This document shows positions 34,801 through 49,877 of a stretch of DNA of 64,000 bases, piece by piece. The stretch is from Chrysomallon squamiferum (taxonomy: Eukaryota > Animalia > Mollusca). The stretch's first letter is position 1; each line of letters begins with the position of its first letter. Made by a program: the position numbers and the translations under genes. The stretch spans positions 24,800,001 through 24,864,000 of the forward strand of contig CM022673.1 of assembly GCA_012295275.1 (NCBI GenBank). The letters are read 5' to 3'. The notes under the pieces were generated by a model. It was not told the DNA's origin and made no database searches. It saw only the letters and a list, made by a program, of their open reading frames with translations.

Positions 34801-37800
34801 CTATATTTATAATTTTTGACTTTTTCTCCAAAATAATAAGTTAGCTATCTTTTGAAAACACACCCAGACCTGAGTTATGTACCAATATATTAATAATTTT
34901 AGCTGTGTAAGTGATCTTGCTCAATTCCCAGTAACATGAAGCCAACTCTTTACCAACAAGCATGCTGTTATAAACATTTAATGTAAACAAGATAAACTCC
35001 AAATTATTACTGAAATATTCACATAAAAGCAGTTCTGGACAAAACATAACAAAACATGCTAGATTAAAAAACACTGAATATACATATGGTTAATACAAAA
35101 CATATGTAACTTCACAGTGGGTTTGAGGGAATAAAACAAAAAGTTATAGTAAAACAATAACATTTAACTTGCAACCTTGTTACATTAACCCAGAGGCAAA
35201 TTCAGTTTAGTAAAAACAACAAAATACCACATACTGACAAAAACCTGTACATTTACCATAAAGTTTAATTTAACTTAAAAATGATTCATGTGAGCTAATT
35301 TTCATAAGCAAAATCAGTGACAATCTATCTTGTTGTAGAAGACTCTTACAAAACTTAAAGGTAACAGAAAAAGTTTTTAAAAATTTAATAAGGGCAATCT
35401 GATATTACGGTTCTAGACCTTTCCCAATAGCTTGAAAATTGTAAATTTTAACTTTTTGTAACGAAAGAGAGAAGTGTGGCTGAACTAAATGTTTAGTTTG
35501 TCATTTCTATAAAATAACATTAATTCAGAGTGAAATTATAGTTTTTATAAAACCTCAAATTTCAGTAGCAGATCAAAAGTAAAGAACTATTATAATACTA
35601 AGTAAAAAAAACCTATTATTACATCTATGAAATAAGCAATCAAATAAAATATGAAAAATAAATTTATAGTTAGAATTGATATTTCATCTCTCTCTATAAA
35701 ATAACTATGTGCTGTCCTAGTCTACCTAACTATACCACGAAGATAAAAATCAAAAAAAAAAAAATACCAACCTTGGAAATTGGATTAATAGTGTTAGGAG
35801 AATGAAAAAAAGAAAATATTAGTTACTCTGTCGTGTACGGTTTAACTACACATCTGAAACATTGAAAGTTAGGTTTAATGTTGAAAACGTTAGTATTGTT
35901 ATGGTCATGCATCAGATAATTTGTGTTACCCTCTGGTTCAGAAAATGGTTCTGGTTCTGGAACCGTTTCAGGTTCAGGAACCAATTCTGGCTCATATTCT
36001 TTTGTTGTTTCATCTTGTATTTCCTCTGCTGTAAAGTATGGTAAAAAAAAAAAAAATAGTTGTTGTTTCATTTTCTTTGTCTCTTGTATCATACTTCACA
36101 CATATTATTAGGTTAATGATAGTTATATATAAATATGTATATATATATATATACATATAATTTTAATAATGTTGGAAGATACACTGTGCAGAAAATATAA
36201 TTATCTAGTATTATGGAGGTCACTCTGTTTTCTTTTGTAGATTAACCTGATTTGGCGTTGTTTAGTTATAAAGTTCAGTTATAAATTAAATAAGCTTCAC
36301 TTCAGACAATTAGAATAAAAGCCAATTGTTATTAATAAATGTTTTTTTGTTTTTTTTTATAATAAAAAAGTTTAAAGGTTTTGTTAGAAAAATTATATTT
36401 TTACAATTTTTTGCTATTAGCAGCAAAAAAAAAAAAAAAAAAAAATAAAAAATTCAACTGAAGGTAAAAAAAAATTTTGTTTCACTACTGCAGGTTCATT
36501 TACAAATCTGCATTTTCAACAGGCCCTTTATTAACTCAGTTCTGAACCAGATCCTGCGCCCTGCTATATCTGTTTAAGATTACACAAGACTTTCTTTTAG
36601 ACCAATTCAAAAAAAATATATAATTATGGACCAGGATTTTGCACAGACTTTAACCACAAACTGGAACAAAGATTTTGGAACACGTAATTTTTTTTTAAAC
36701 CACATTTTTGGCATAATCTGACATTCTGAGTTCAAAATTTACCCTCGGGTGGAGACGATTCAGTGTGTTCCACTGTTTTTGCTTCAAACTCTGGCTCCCC
36801 ATTCTCTTCAAAATGGTGATCAGCCTCACCAGCTGTAGGTTCACCAACTGCTTCGTCAAAGGCAGCAGTGACATCAGGTTCAGGTTCAGGTTCGTCAGCA
36901 GTGGTGGTGGAGGGGGACTCTTCATTAAGGGCCACTGTTTAACGCAAACCATTCATATATTTATACCATTTGTTATCTACTAATAGTATACATTACTCAA
37001 AAAAAAAAAAAAAAAAAAAAAACTGGGCTGTTTCAGTTAATGTTTCTGGTGCAATATTGATAATGTGACATGCAAGCAATTAATGGCCAATATAGTTCAA
37101 TTTGAGTTAGTTTTCTGTATAGCACACTTTAGTTGATGAAAGTAACAATAAATTCATAGTATAAAGATTATAATTTACATGCAATATCCATATTAAACAC
37201 TATAAAATGATATTTAATTAAAATATGTAAAAACAAACTAGGCGTAAAACCAAAATGGATGTATTTATAAAGTCCATTTTTCATTAAGTATTATATTCTG
37301 TTCAGAAAGTTTATGAAAACAAAAAAAAATAAAAAATCATGATAAGTCATCATTAAACCAATGAAGAACAAGTTTCTGAATATGGTTATCACATTTTAAG
37401 GCTGTTTGGCAAACCAGCTATGTAAACTGGTTTTATAACACAGAAATAATTTATCACAATTATCTAAAAAACATATATACATTTATATATATATTCAAAT
37501 CATTAATATTTGGTTAACTGAAAAAGCAGAAGATGAGTGAAAGTTAAGGCTGCCCACACACATATATACATCCGAACACCTAGAAAGCCAGATGCTTTTT
37601 AAATATTTCAATACTGATGTCAGTGAATACTGAATGTGTCTCTTAAGCTGGATTTCTTTTTCTACTGCAGTGAATGTGACTGTAAATTTATATATATATA
37701 TATATATATATATCAAATAAATATACACCATATTTCGTGTTGTTTTGAAGGATATGATCTAAAAAAAAAAAAAATTAACATTTCTGTAAAACTGTTCAAA

Positions 37801-38653
37801 AAACAATATTCTTTTATAAAAAGTTTAACTTATTTTTTTAATTTCATTTACATAAAAAGAATATCTGTGAAATGATTGATGATACAAGTGTTATCACAGA
37901 TCAGTTAATACGAGCAGGAAAACAATTATTTAAAGTTTTGTGTTGTAATGGATGAACGTTGACTTCCTGCAGGGTGTAACCACTTGTATTGTTTTAGATG
38001 AATCATTACTGAACAACAATAAGAAGAAGACAATTCTTCATCTTATCTGTCTCAATAACCTAACCACTCTTACAGCAACTTAATCCTACAGATTATCACA
38101 GCAATTCACTTTTTGAAATGTTCTTCGCAACATATAATTAAAAAAAAATTTGCAAAATTAAAAAACAAAATCTTCAATTCAACCTACAGTACAGGTGGAC
38201 ACAAATAATTTTATTTTTTCCTCTTTAAGATCAAACATTATTATTGCTGTCACATTAAACTAAAATATCTTGTAATATAAAAGGCTCCTCCTTTTCAGAA
38301 ATAAAAGCAGCATATGAAGGAGAAGAAATAAAAGCTATAGGTATGATGTAGCTAAGCTGGGTAAAAGAAAACTGTTGTTGTTCTCTGGCGAATGTGTATC
38401 ACTGTCAGGAACTGCTGCTACTACTGTGAAAAGATATGTTTTTGAGAACAGGATGAAAAAAAGAAAAAAAAAAAAAAAAAAGCATTGTCCTTGTACCACT
38501 GCACCTGCCTTTTCAGTAAGCACAAGCTCTTTTGCTGAAAGCCTGTTACAAAATGCTTAAAGCTATAGACAAAAAAAAAATATATATAAATATATATATC
38601 AATATTTAGTGAAGTCTTGATGAAAAATGTTTCTATACCAACAGTAAATATAT

Positions 38654-38701
<48 letters not shown>

Positions 38702-41700
38702 CAGACAAAGATACATTATGTACAACTTGTGTATTGTGTTCTAAAAAAAAAAACATTGAGTCATGAGATACTGATGCAGTAAGAAAGACAATACACTTGT
38801 CCTATACTTGATATACTTAGAATCTGAAACATCTAGTGCATCTCACATTTTAATTTGGACACCAGAGCTGCTTGTAATTACTGATAACCAGAAAGTATAA
38901 AATGGGTCTTTAATTTAAAATAATAATAAATGAATTTTTGAAAAATTTTCAGTAAATAAATAAATATCAGCAAATCTAACCCTGTAGATGGTTTAAAAAA
39001 AAATTAAAAAAAAAAAAATAATAATAATAATAATAATAAAATAATAAATGATTTTTGTTACAAAGTCAGTAAATAAATAAATATTTATAGAATAGTTTAA
39101 AAAATAATAATAATAATAAATGAATTTTATTACTCAGTCAGTATTTAAATAAATATTTAAAGAACAGTTTAAAAAAAAAAAATAATAATAAATTAATTTG
39201 GTTACAACGTCAGTAAATAAATAAATATTAACAAATCTAACCCTGGATGTCAAGTAGATAAAAAAAAAATAATAATAATAATAATAAAAATTTGCTGTTT
39301 AAATCTGTCACTGGATGTTTACTGATATTAGTGACTAATGTGACATTTCCACATGTCAGTTTTATACTGTGTAAACAAACCTACTTCTATTTTTAATCAA
39401 TGCTCTAAATATTCAGCTGATACATTTTTGTTTCTAATTAGACACTGGCAGTGATAAAAATATTTGTCATAGGACATTTTCAGTAAACATTTCAGAAATA
39501 AAGACCTGAAACAAAAAATAATCTTGCTTGTTAAGGTTTGTATCAATCTGTTATTTGTTTACTTGTACTATATTAATTATTAGTATATCTGCAGCATATG
39601 TTCATGTATTAATAACGACCTCGATGTACATTTGAATAGCATATGGACTCAATTATGATGATGACTATTAACTTTTCTAGTATTAGAAACACAAATAGAA
39701 GCATTTAAAGCTGTAGGTGTGTCTATATTTCAAAGCAGCAGGGAAAATTAGAAAGGTCTTAAATTTTCACAATGTTTTCTTAATAATCTTTTATGGTGTT
39801 CATAAATAAAATTGGAGAAAAAAAAAATAAAAAATTTAATTGGAAGACTTAAAACTAATGGACACTGAAAGAAAAATAGAAAAATTAAAGCCACTGTGAT
39901 GATGGTCACTGATGTGTTCATTTAATACTTGAATTAAATGAATGGTGACCATTAAGAATTTTTTTTTTTGTGTGTGTGGTTGAAATATTAGTAACAGGTG
40001 TCTCTATCAAATATGTTAGTCCAAACACTAATTTTTATTATTATAATATTTTTAATTTCTATGTATAAAAATATCTATATTAGTATTCAACAGTAAAACT
40101 AATAATTATTAAGTTTAATGAAAATGTTATTGTTTGAAAACACAAATATTATATTTCAAAAACAACAAAAAAACCCCAGATTACAGCAAATTAAAATAAA
40201 GATACAAGTTTATCAACACATGATAAATGCTCAGAAATTAAAATATATGTAAGATACATTTTATAAAAAATACATTATTTAAATCTGTTTTTAAAATAAA
40301 AATTAATGTTAACATTAGCAGTCATCTTTTTGAACACTGATCATAAAATGGTTCTCAAAAATAATTTATTAGTTATACACAGCCAGACACAAAAAAAAAA
40401 AAAAACTGCAGCAATTATGACTTGGTTTGTCACCTTAAAACAGAAATTACATTTAAATGTTTGTTTTTAGTATATACTTCAGTAAACACAGCTGTTGACT
40501 ATTAATCACATTTAATTAAGAATTCACTTATTTTTCACTTATATACATGTAAACATAGGTGACTTGGTCGAGCCTATTTCTAAAGCTGGCTGGCTGTACA
40601 TACATATTGTCTGTTACAACTATTGTTTATAGAGGGAAGAGACCATAGTAATTGGTTAATGAAAAAGGAATGAGATTTGTTAGTTTCCAAGCCCCACCAC
40701 AATATAATAAGCTAATATATATATTTATTTTTATTTTACCAGTCTCAGCAGCAAATTGTTCTTGTGCAGTCTCTGGCTGAACTTCATCATTTGTCAACCC
40801 CTCTGAAATCATTATTTATCATGTTACACAGAATACATTTAACACATTGCATCAAAATACAACAATGAATTTTAATATTAAATCAGTCATGTCTTAATAA
40901 AGTAATTTTAACAAATTGTTTTTTTTTTAAAATAGAACCCTGAAAATTAAATAAAAATATTATTCACTGAAATAAAAAATGAAAAAGAAGGAATTCGGTT
41001 ACTGAAATAAAACAAAATTATTTGAAACGTAAGTGAGTATTTACTTCAAATTTAACAATATGTATGTATGTGTGTATGTTTGTTTGTAACATTAAAAAAT
41101 ATTTTTAAAAGTTCAACTATGTGTTGTAAAAAATAAACCAGGAAAGATTTTAAATACTTCAATAAATTATTATTACTACTGATTGTAAATACCAGTTTTT
41201 ATTAACTATTATAATTTAATATCCACAAAGGAAGAAAAGAAAAAAAAAATTAATATCATACATTTAGACATAATACAGATGTATGTAATTTTCACTTTTA
41301 TAACAATTTTAAAACAAACAGAACCTTGTTACAAGGATCATCCTGTCATTCAGTCAAATAAAATCAGATGCATTTTATTTCTCATTATTTTGAATAATAC
41401 TAATAATGATTAAAAACATTTAAGAAATAAAATGATAAAAAAGAAACAGAAAGAAAGTTAAAAAAAATTACAGTTGGAAAATAATTTAGGACAGAATGAT
41501 ATTAAACAAACTGTAATTGTTAGAAAATATAAATTACAACAAATAAAAAAAAATATCATTAAGAAATTTATTTATCTATTTTTGTAGTAATTTAGTTGTT
41601 TATGAAAATGTCTGATACTATTGCAGTATGATACTTAATGCACTATTAAATAACAAACATCAGAAAACATTACCAGTTAATGATTTTTAATGGAGTTATT

Positions 41701-41830
41701 AAATGCTATTAGCAAAATAAAATCATACACAGCCCCAAACTTTATTGATTATGTTGTGGAAATTGGTTAGCTTTGGTTCAGATCAAAATGTCCTCAATGG
41801 TGAAAATATGGGTTTCATTTATAAATATTA

Positions 41831-41861
<31 letters not shown>

Positions 41862-42511
41862 TATTAGTTTACAGCAAAACTTTTTTAGTCAAAGTTAAAA
41901 ATCTGAATTTTTTGTTTTTGAAGCAGTATATATTTTTTATGTTTGTATTTCTCAAATACTGTCGCTAAATAACTAATCTAAATGTTTTAACAGCAACATT
42001 ACTGTAACAAGACTGAACAATTTACCACAGTCTCCAGTACTCTTCTCTTTACTTGTTTTTATTTGGAATTTTTATTTTAATTACACAAACATCGAATTTA
42101 TAACTGTTCAAATATACGTTTGCTGGCTGTCAATAAGTTAGGTCAATTAAGCAATAAAAGCCACATTTAAAGCACCATTGATTAACAGCACATTTGTTTT
42201 GTGTTTGTTGTATTTTTTTAAAATTTCATTAGTATTTAAGTCTGGGAAACTACTTTGCAGCAAGTGAATTGTACAGTCCAACTATACCTTGGCAAGTGAA
42301 CTGCAAATATGTGAAAATATTTTTCATTAAAATACATTTAAAAAAAGAAAAAAAAGAATGAAGAATGGAAAAATCTTTAAAAAGATAGAACGTGTTTGAA
42401 AATATTAATGGGAAAAGCAAAGTCAATAGGGATTATTTTTCAAATTCCACCAATTTTATTCTATTCTGTGAATTCATGTGACCAAAAAAACAAAACAATA
42501 ACATGAAAAAG

Positions 42512-42550
<39 letters not shown>

Positions 42551-43040
42551 AAAAGAATAATCAAAGCATGTAAAGCTTGTCACATTTAACTGGCAAGAAA
42601 AAAAACCAGACTAAATTTCTAAATTCCTCTCTATAATGTTTACCTGCCCAAAAATGTTTTTTGAAAAATTTTAATAATAAATAATAATAATAATAAAAAA
42701 AACACTAATATAAACAACAGGAAAAGAAAATAAATAATAAATATCTTCAGGCAATTCTTTTCAGATTTTTGACATTTGAAATATTTTCTCATGATTTTGT
42801 TTTGGCATGCAGACATATACACACACAAAATTGTTTGTTTATTTACACACTTGAAAAACAAAAATGTGAAAATTCAAAAACATAAACCAACCCAGAAATA
42901 AACACCAACACCTTCAAAAATTGTTTATAAAAATCTTCCTTTTCTGCAGTGAATGATTCACTGGCCATACAACAGTCACTGAATGTCGAGTTTATTTGTA
43001 ATGAACAGGAAGTAACATTTAAGGAAATTATCAAATTTCC

Positions 43041-43079
<39 letters not shown>

Positions 43080-46000
43080 CATGCACTTCATTCAATTACA
43101 GATGTCAGAAATATGTAACTAGATGACACAGAAGTAATGGGGTAAAATAATAACATAAATTATCTGAAAGATGAGAGTCGTTCTGACATGCGATGTGTTT
43201 TTCCACTGAAATTATCAGAGTCCAGTGACCATTGGGAACCAATGTGTCATTTACCATGTGATATTACTTGTGTGACACACACATAAATTACTGTACTACT
43301 TGAGATCCAACATCCCCCGAGGTAATGTGTCAACTAGTGTCACAGCCTTTAAAAAAAGACAACCACAGATTTTAAGTTGCTCAATAACAGTTAAAAAATA
43401 GACCTCACAATGCGAGAATGAAAGAACATTTGTTACTGTTACAAATATTAATCTACGTTTTTATTACGTTCAGATATGTTCTTTGCTGAAAATAATGTGT
43501 TTTAAATTAACATCAGTTTTAAATATATTTTATTCTTTATGAATAGCACTAAGTAAAATTCATTGCATTTAGGTATTTGACAACTTGCTTATCATTTTGT
43601 TGTATTTAGCATGGAAGCATAAATAACATGTTACATTAAAATTGATCTGAAATATCTAAATCTCTTCATTTACAACATTCATTTTTTTTTAATTAACCGA
43701 TATTCTTTAAATGGAAAAGCTAATCTTAAACTAATTCTCAGGAATTTCTTTATTTCGTCAATAATTTAAAATATTTTAGAAGGCATTACTAAATAAAAGA
43801 ATTCATGAAATGCAATGATCTATTAGACAAATATTACTTAACAGATTAGATTCTTCAGTTAAAATATTACAAAGCTGTTGATAAGACATGCCCTTTGGAC
43901 ATATAGATGGTTTCTGAGATGAAAGATTTCAAATGACCATTAACCAGTAACTAGAAATGAAATTTATTCTTTTCCTTTGATTTGTGCTAATTTTTTTTTC
44001 TAAATGATTCTTATCTATTGTTTGTATTAAAACTGCTATCATTGCTAGTGAACGTGTGAAAGCATCTAAAACATTTCATTTGCTATTTCAGACTTAAACT
44101 CTCAGTAGTTGAAAATCTGAACACTATTAAAATATAAATAAATTGTGCATGCAGTGGAAAAATGTATATACATATATATATACATACAAAATTATGTTTT
44201 GTATTTTTCCAAAATATTTTATTTGTCTTTTCTAATGATGTAAAATGCCAGTGAGCAGGTAACTTTCCCTTCTGTTCTGGTTTCATCTGACATATTGTAG
44301 TGATAAATAAACTTAGTAAACGTGGAAACACTGCAACATTTATTTACTCATGCGAAGCAAGAAAAATGAGTGAATAACTGTAAAATGGCTTCACATATTT
44401 ATCAAGTTTAATAACATTGGACTGAACAACACAAGAGTTTTGTTGTTAAATTTGTTATTAGTCAAGTTTGATGTTGTTAAATTTATTATTGGTCAAGTTT
44501 GGTGTTGTTAAATTTATTATTAGTCAAGTTTGGTGTTGTTAACTTTATTATTAGTCAAGTTTGATGTGTTATAGGCGTTTTGCTCACAGCACAAAGTCCT
44601 GTATTACATCCTAAATGAAAAGCTAAATGATTATTGTGCAGGAATTTCCATTTTAATATATCTTAATTTAATAATTTAACATTAATATAAAAAAAAAAAA
44701 AAAATTTAATAAAAAAAAAAAAAATAATAATACTACAATGCTCTCTTTTTATTTTTTTGAATCAGAAACAATATTTTAATTTTTTTATTTCATTTTTTAA
44801 AAATGTAAGCCTTTCTACTGTCTGTCCTTATTTAACATAAACAGCCAGCAGCCTGTCAGTGTTAACAAACGATAAAGAAACAAATTCAGCACTGATGACA
44901 ATTTCTGAATAAAGCCAGGCAAACAAAGGTTCTACAAAAAATGGTTTTAAATGGAGGATCTGTTTCTACAGCTGTGCACTGTTAGTGGGATTAGTTCTAA
45001 ATCACCATTTGTATAAAACTTGCTATATTTTACCATCGTCATCATCGTTTGCGATGTCAAAAATTGGTTTAGGCACCTCTACCTCTCCAGGCTCTGCCTG
45101 CACTGGCATGCCTGATTCTGCTGCCAGTTCTCAAACAAACAAAAAAACAACATTCAGTTTATTATAAAGTCAAGAAAACACTGCCGTATATTGCTTTTTT
45201 CTTTATACGTGTAATATTTCTTTGGTGTCAACATAAATTTCAGATTAACATTCCTTTTTAACAGAAATGTGCGAAAATAAATAAATAAAAAGGAAATAAA
45301 TATGTCAAGCTCAAAATTGAGAAAAAAAAAAAAAAAAGAACATTACTTAATACAAAAAGAAATCATTGTTTTTATTTAAAAAATATAATAAATAATAAAT
45401 AAAACAATTGGACTGTGTGTGGGTGTTTGTGTACTTTAAGATAATAATATTTCAGCTGTCACATTTTTTAATAAAAAGTGAAATATCCAGTAAAAACCAA
45501 ATATTTAAATCATTCTATTTACTTGTTTTTATATACTGAATTTGTAAATACAAATGCAAAATAAAGAATGATAAAACATGAGGCCAAAGACTAACATTCA
45601 AATGTTGAAGCCAACATTTCCGTGCTAAAAGCAACATTTGATTGCTATGGCATGTCACATATACGTTCTCCATGAGGGAAATAAAAAAAACTGATTTCAT
45701 TTTGAAACTGCTAACAAGCAGCATTAAACACCATTTAAAATAATTTTTAACCTAACATTTACTGAGAAAAGAGGAAAAGTAGGGTCTGGAGAAGTTACTA
45801 CTGTAGTGCAATGAAGATCACTTCCTTCACTTCAAGCAGGTATATCTACAATAGTAAAATGTTTTACTGTTTAATCAGCTATAGTATGTAAAATAGTAAA
45901 CAAATTTTATTGTTTAACCAGCTATGGTAGCTACAATAGTAAAACCAATTTTACTGTTTAACCAGGAATAGTAGCTACAATAGTAAAAAAATATATATAA

Positions 46001-48961
46001 ATGTGTGTAGACTTGATCTACATAAGGGGATGTCTTTTTACACAGTCAGAGCCATTGGGCATTACAGCATAAAACATGGGATAAGCCTTTTTATGAAACA
46101 ATGGCAATGAATTGTGTCTGCTGGCAACCTGCCACAGGCAGATGATAAATAGGACAGCTATTTCACCCCAGGTGATGTTTGTGCAACACAAAGTGACATG
46201 CCAGGATGGTTGTATGTCAAGTAAAAATGTTCATTTGGACGTTGGTGGACAGTCCCTCAGGAATAACTTATACGTGTATATCAATTATTTATCTAGCATT
46301 ATTATTATAAACTTCACTATTTATACACTGTTACATGCTGCTTAACTATTGATTTTGGTTCATCGGTTTATGTAGCAGAAAATTTCTTTATTACTCTAGG
46401 GCATGTTGTTATCTACAGATCTTTTATAAGTGAAAAAAAATATATTATAACAAACAAATGTTAATGTGACTCATTTAAGGAAAAATGTAAATAAACAAAT
46501 GCTTTTTATCTGAAACACAGATGATTTGTGAATTCTTATTATCTTCTTTTTTTTAATTTTTTTAATTTATTTTTTTTTCCCTTCTAAATTTCTTAAATAT
46601 TTAGTCTGTATACTTGTTGTCCACTTATTACCAAATGTGGTTTATATAAAATTAAAAATAAAATATAAGTATTTTAGTATGAACACTTGACCTGTTTCAC
46701 AAAGAAAGTGTCACCAAACTGGTACTTCTGAAACCCTAACTATACCAGTTAAACGTCCTAGCTTATCTCAGTTCCTCACCAGGAAGGTCAACGACCTCTC
46801 AACTATTTTTAGAAACTGAAAACTGGAACATTAAGCATTAAGACTTCAAATTTATTTTCATTTTACTGGTTACCAAACGACCGAAATTATTTATAAACTT
46901 CTTAGTTTCGGTTTCATAAACTCTGAAGTGATGCAAAACACAGAATGACATTTCTGTGAAGAAAAAAAAAGAATATTAAAGGTTTGAAATGTAAATTTTT
47001 AGTGTATAAAACCTGTGCTGTTTTCGCAACTCACCTCCTGTTTTTCTGGAACACTTGTAGACTACCTGTGGCATCTGGTTGTTGACTGTGATATTTTGAC
47101 TCCTGTAGTAGGCATCAGCCTCGGGGTCAAGCACCAGCAACTTGGTCTCCTCCCCTCCTGCCTTGATTTTGCCTATGACTTCCTGGTGGCTTCTTGACTC
47201 AATGTTTTCACCGTTCACCTCAACTATCCTGTCTCCCTCGCGCAAATCGGCATACATGGCTGGAGAGTCATCATCGATTTTACCAATGAACTGGCCTGGT
47301 TTATTCCGCTCCGCGTGCAAATTGAACCCATATCCCTGAAAATCGGGCCTCTTGATCATGTGACACAATCGAATTTTGTACTCGCTGCTGTCGACGTCGT
47401 TGGACAAAGCGTGGACATCGTTTTCCACTGGAGCCAGTTCAGGCTCAGGCTCAGGTTCAGGCTCAGGTTCAGGCTCAGGTTCATGGTGTGTCTCAGGCTC
47501 TGGTGTGTCTTCTACTTCGTTATGATGCTCCTCCTGAATTGGATCTGGAAAAAAAGAAGTTATAAACAAATTTAGTCATCAAACTGTCTTTACACAAATT
47601 GTCATGTTTAGTAACAAATGCATTTCAAGAATGAATTTTCAAACCATTCTTATACATGATGACCAAGTTTCATCACAGCGTGATGCACAATTTTTAAAGA
47701 GACCTGCAACTCACATACATGAAACATTTAACTCTACATGACAATAATAACCAAATTACGACTGTATATGCTGGGATACTAAAATATGTTTCTAGCCCTT
47801 TTTCTATTTTACGATTACATAAAAATAAAAATACATCTGACAACAGACGTTTTAAATTCGTAAGCTGTTTAACATAATATTAGTTACATTTTAAATTTAA
47901 TAATCCCTGTTACAAAATATAAATCATATAGTGAGGTATACTGATCAGTGTTCTTTTCAAAAAGCAATCAGTTATTCACAAATTATTCATAGACAGATTT
48001 CGTAATAATAAAGAGAACGTAAATAGCCTGTTTGTATTACATCTATCAACAGTTAGAATTATGCAACATCAACTGAAATGGGAAAACTTCTACACAAAGC
48101 CTAAAATCCCTGAGGAGTAATTAATAAATAATCCTGACATGGTTACAAGGGTCACTCTAGATGTTATTACATCATGGGTGAACACACAATATATTAGTTC
48201 ACTGTTTACATATTACATAATGTGCTATGTAGCTGTCACTTTGTACAACTCTTCATTTAGATACTTATAATCAGACATTTTTGAGTTTCGTGTGAACGAT
48301 GGTTGTTATTTTAGTCAACTTCTAGCAGTCTTTATTTGCAAATCTATAACCGATATCTACACATTTTTAATTAAATTAAATTTATAAGCAAGAAAGGAAA
48401 AATTGTACCAGGGAACAAGGATGTCCAAATTTAAACTGATACATTTTAACATGTAGAGAAATGTTTAAGCTGTGACAACAAGCAAAACTCAAAGTACTTT
48501 AGAACTGTCCATTAAGTCTGTCTACAAGGTATGATGTACACACTGAGACAGTGGTATAAATCATCTCAAAAAACAACTATGTAAGTTTCACTGAATTAGA
48601 TTTTACAGTTGAAAATAATATGGTGTTAAACATCATTTACATGAACAAATATAGAAAAATTCTCTTAGACTGACAGTCTCAAAGTATTGTGGAAAAAAGA
48701 AGAAGATTTATGGACACTCCCACTCTAAATATATACACAATAGGGCCTTTCATATATATATATATATATATATAAAATGTAAGGTATTTTCTTTTTTTAG
48801 ATTAAAAAAATTCAAATCATAGTGAAGTTAATAGAATATGCATTTAAATCTGTCTTTTGTGATTTGGGAAAATTACTTTACATTTCCAATAACAACAGTT
48901 TTATTCTGTCAACAATATTTATTTTCATGCAGATGCATTATTGTCTTTCCTGCAAACAGGT

Positions 48962-49001
<40 letters not shown>

Positions 49002-49840
49002 AATAATTATATTATCTAAAACAGGGGAAAGACAAGAACTACTATTAAGCTACAAATCGGCATCAAAACAGCAAGTTTATTTACAGTAAAGCTGTTTAAG
49101 AAAACAATGAAGACTGAACAATAAAACATTGAGGTGTAACAGATGAGAATACAAATGAACACCTGTCAATGTGGAACCTATCAATCAACACTGAAAAATA
49201 TTAAAATAACAGATACGCCAATCCCACACTGTGACAGTCCATTATAAAACATGAACCGAGCTACTCTCATAAAAACATTTCCTTGAAAGACAAATTAAGC
49301 AGAACATTCTTGTTATTTAAAATAACAGCATAATGAAATGTATACATTTTAACACATTCTAAATGATTTAATCAAGTTCTGGGTAATAAAAAAAACCATT
49401 TTATCTGATTACTGTTTGGAATTGTATTTATTAAATATAATAAGTGGATTTATTAATGAAATTAAGAAAAACAAAATTCTTTTTTTTACTGGGCACAGTT
49501 AATTTTTTATTATATATATATAAGTGTAAAATAGTCATAATGAAATGTAATTCCTTCTTGTGTTGATCAATTTCTATAATTTTGCCTAACTGACAGTAAA
49601 ACATTTCAGTTCTGTAACACAACACGGTTAATTCAATGTTTATTTGAAAATTCTGATATCCTGTTACATTATGGCAATAAAGCACCTGCATTTATTATAA
49701 AATAATTGTGAAAATGAAAATAACATTACATCTTTATGAAAATTTATTCTTTTGAAGTAGACAGTGTCTTTCTTTTGATATAAATAAGAATAATAATAAT
49801 AAATATGAAGTAAAGCTATTAATTTGGACTTGTCTTGCAA

Positions 49841-49877
<37 letters not shown>

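Noticed and set aside
42288-42300. 13-nt minus-strand micro-exon (tttgcag|TTCACTTGCCAAG|gtata) in NHERF
   Set aside because: Its length would frameshift the phase 1-1 exon series, and there is no other support.
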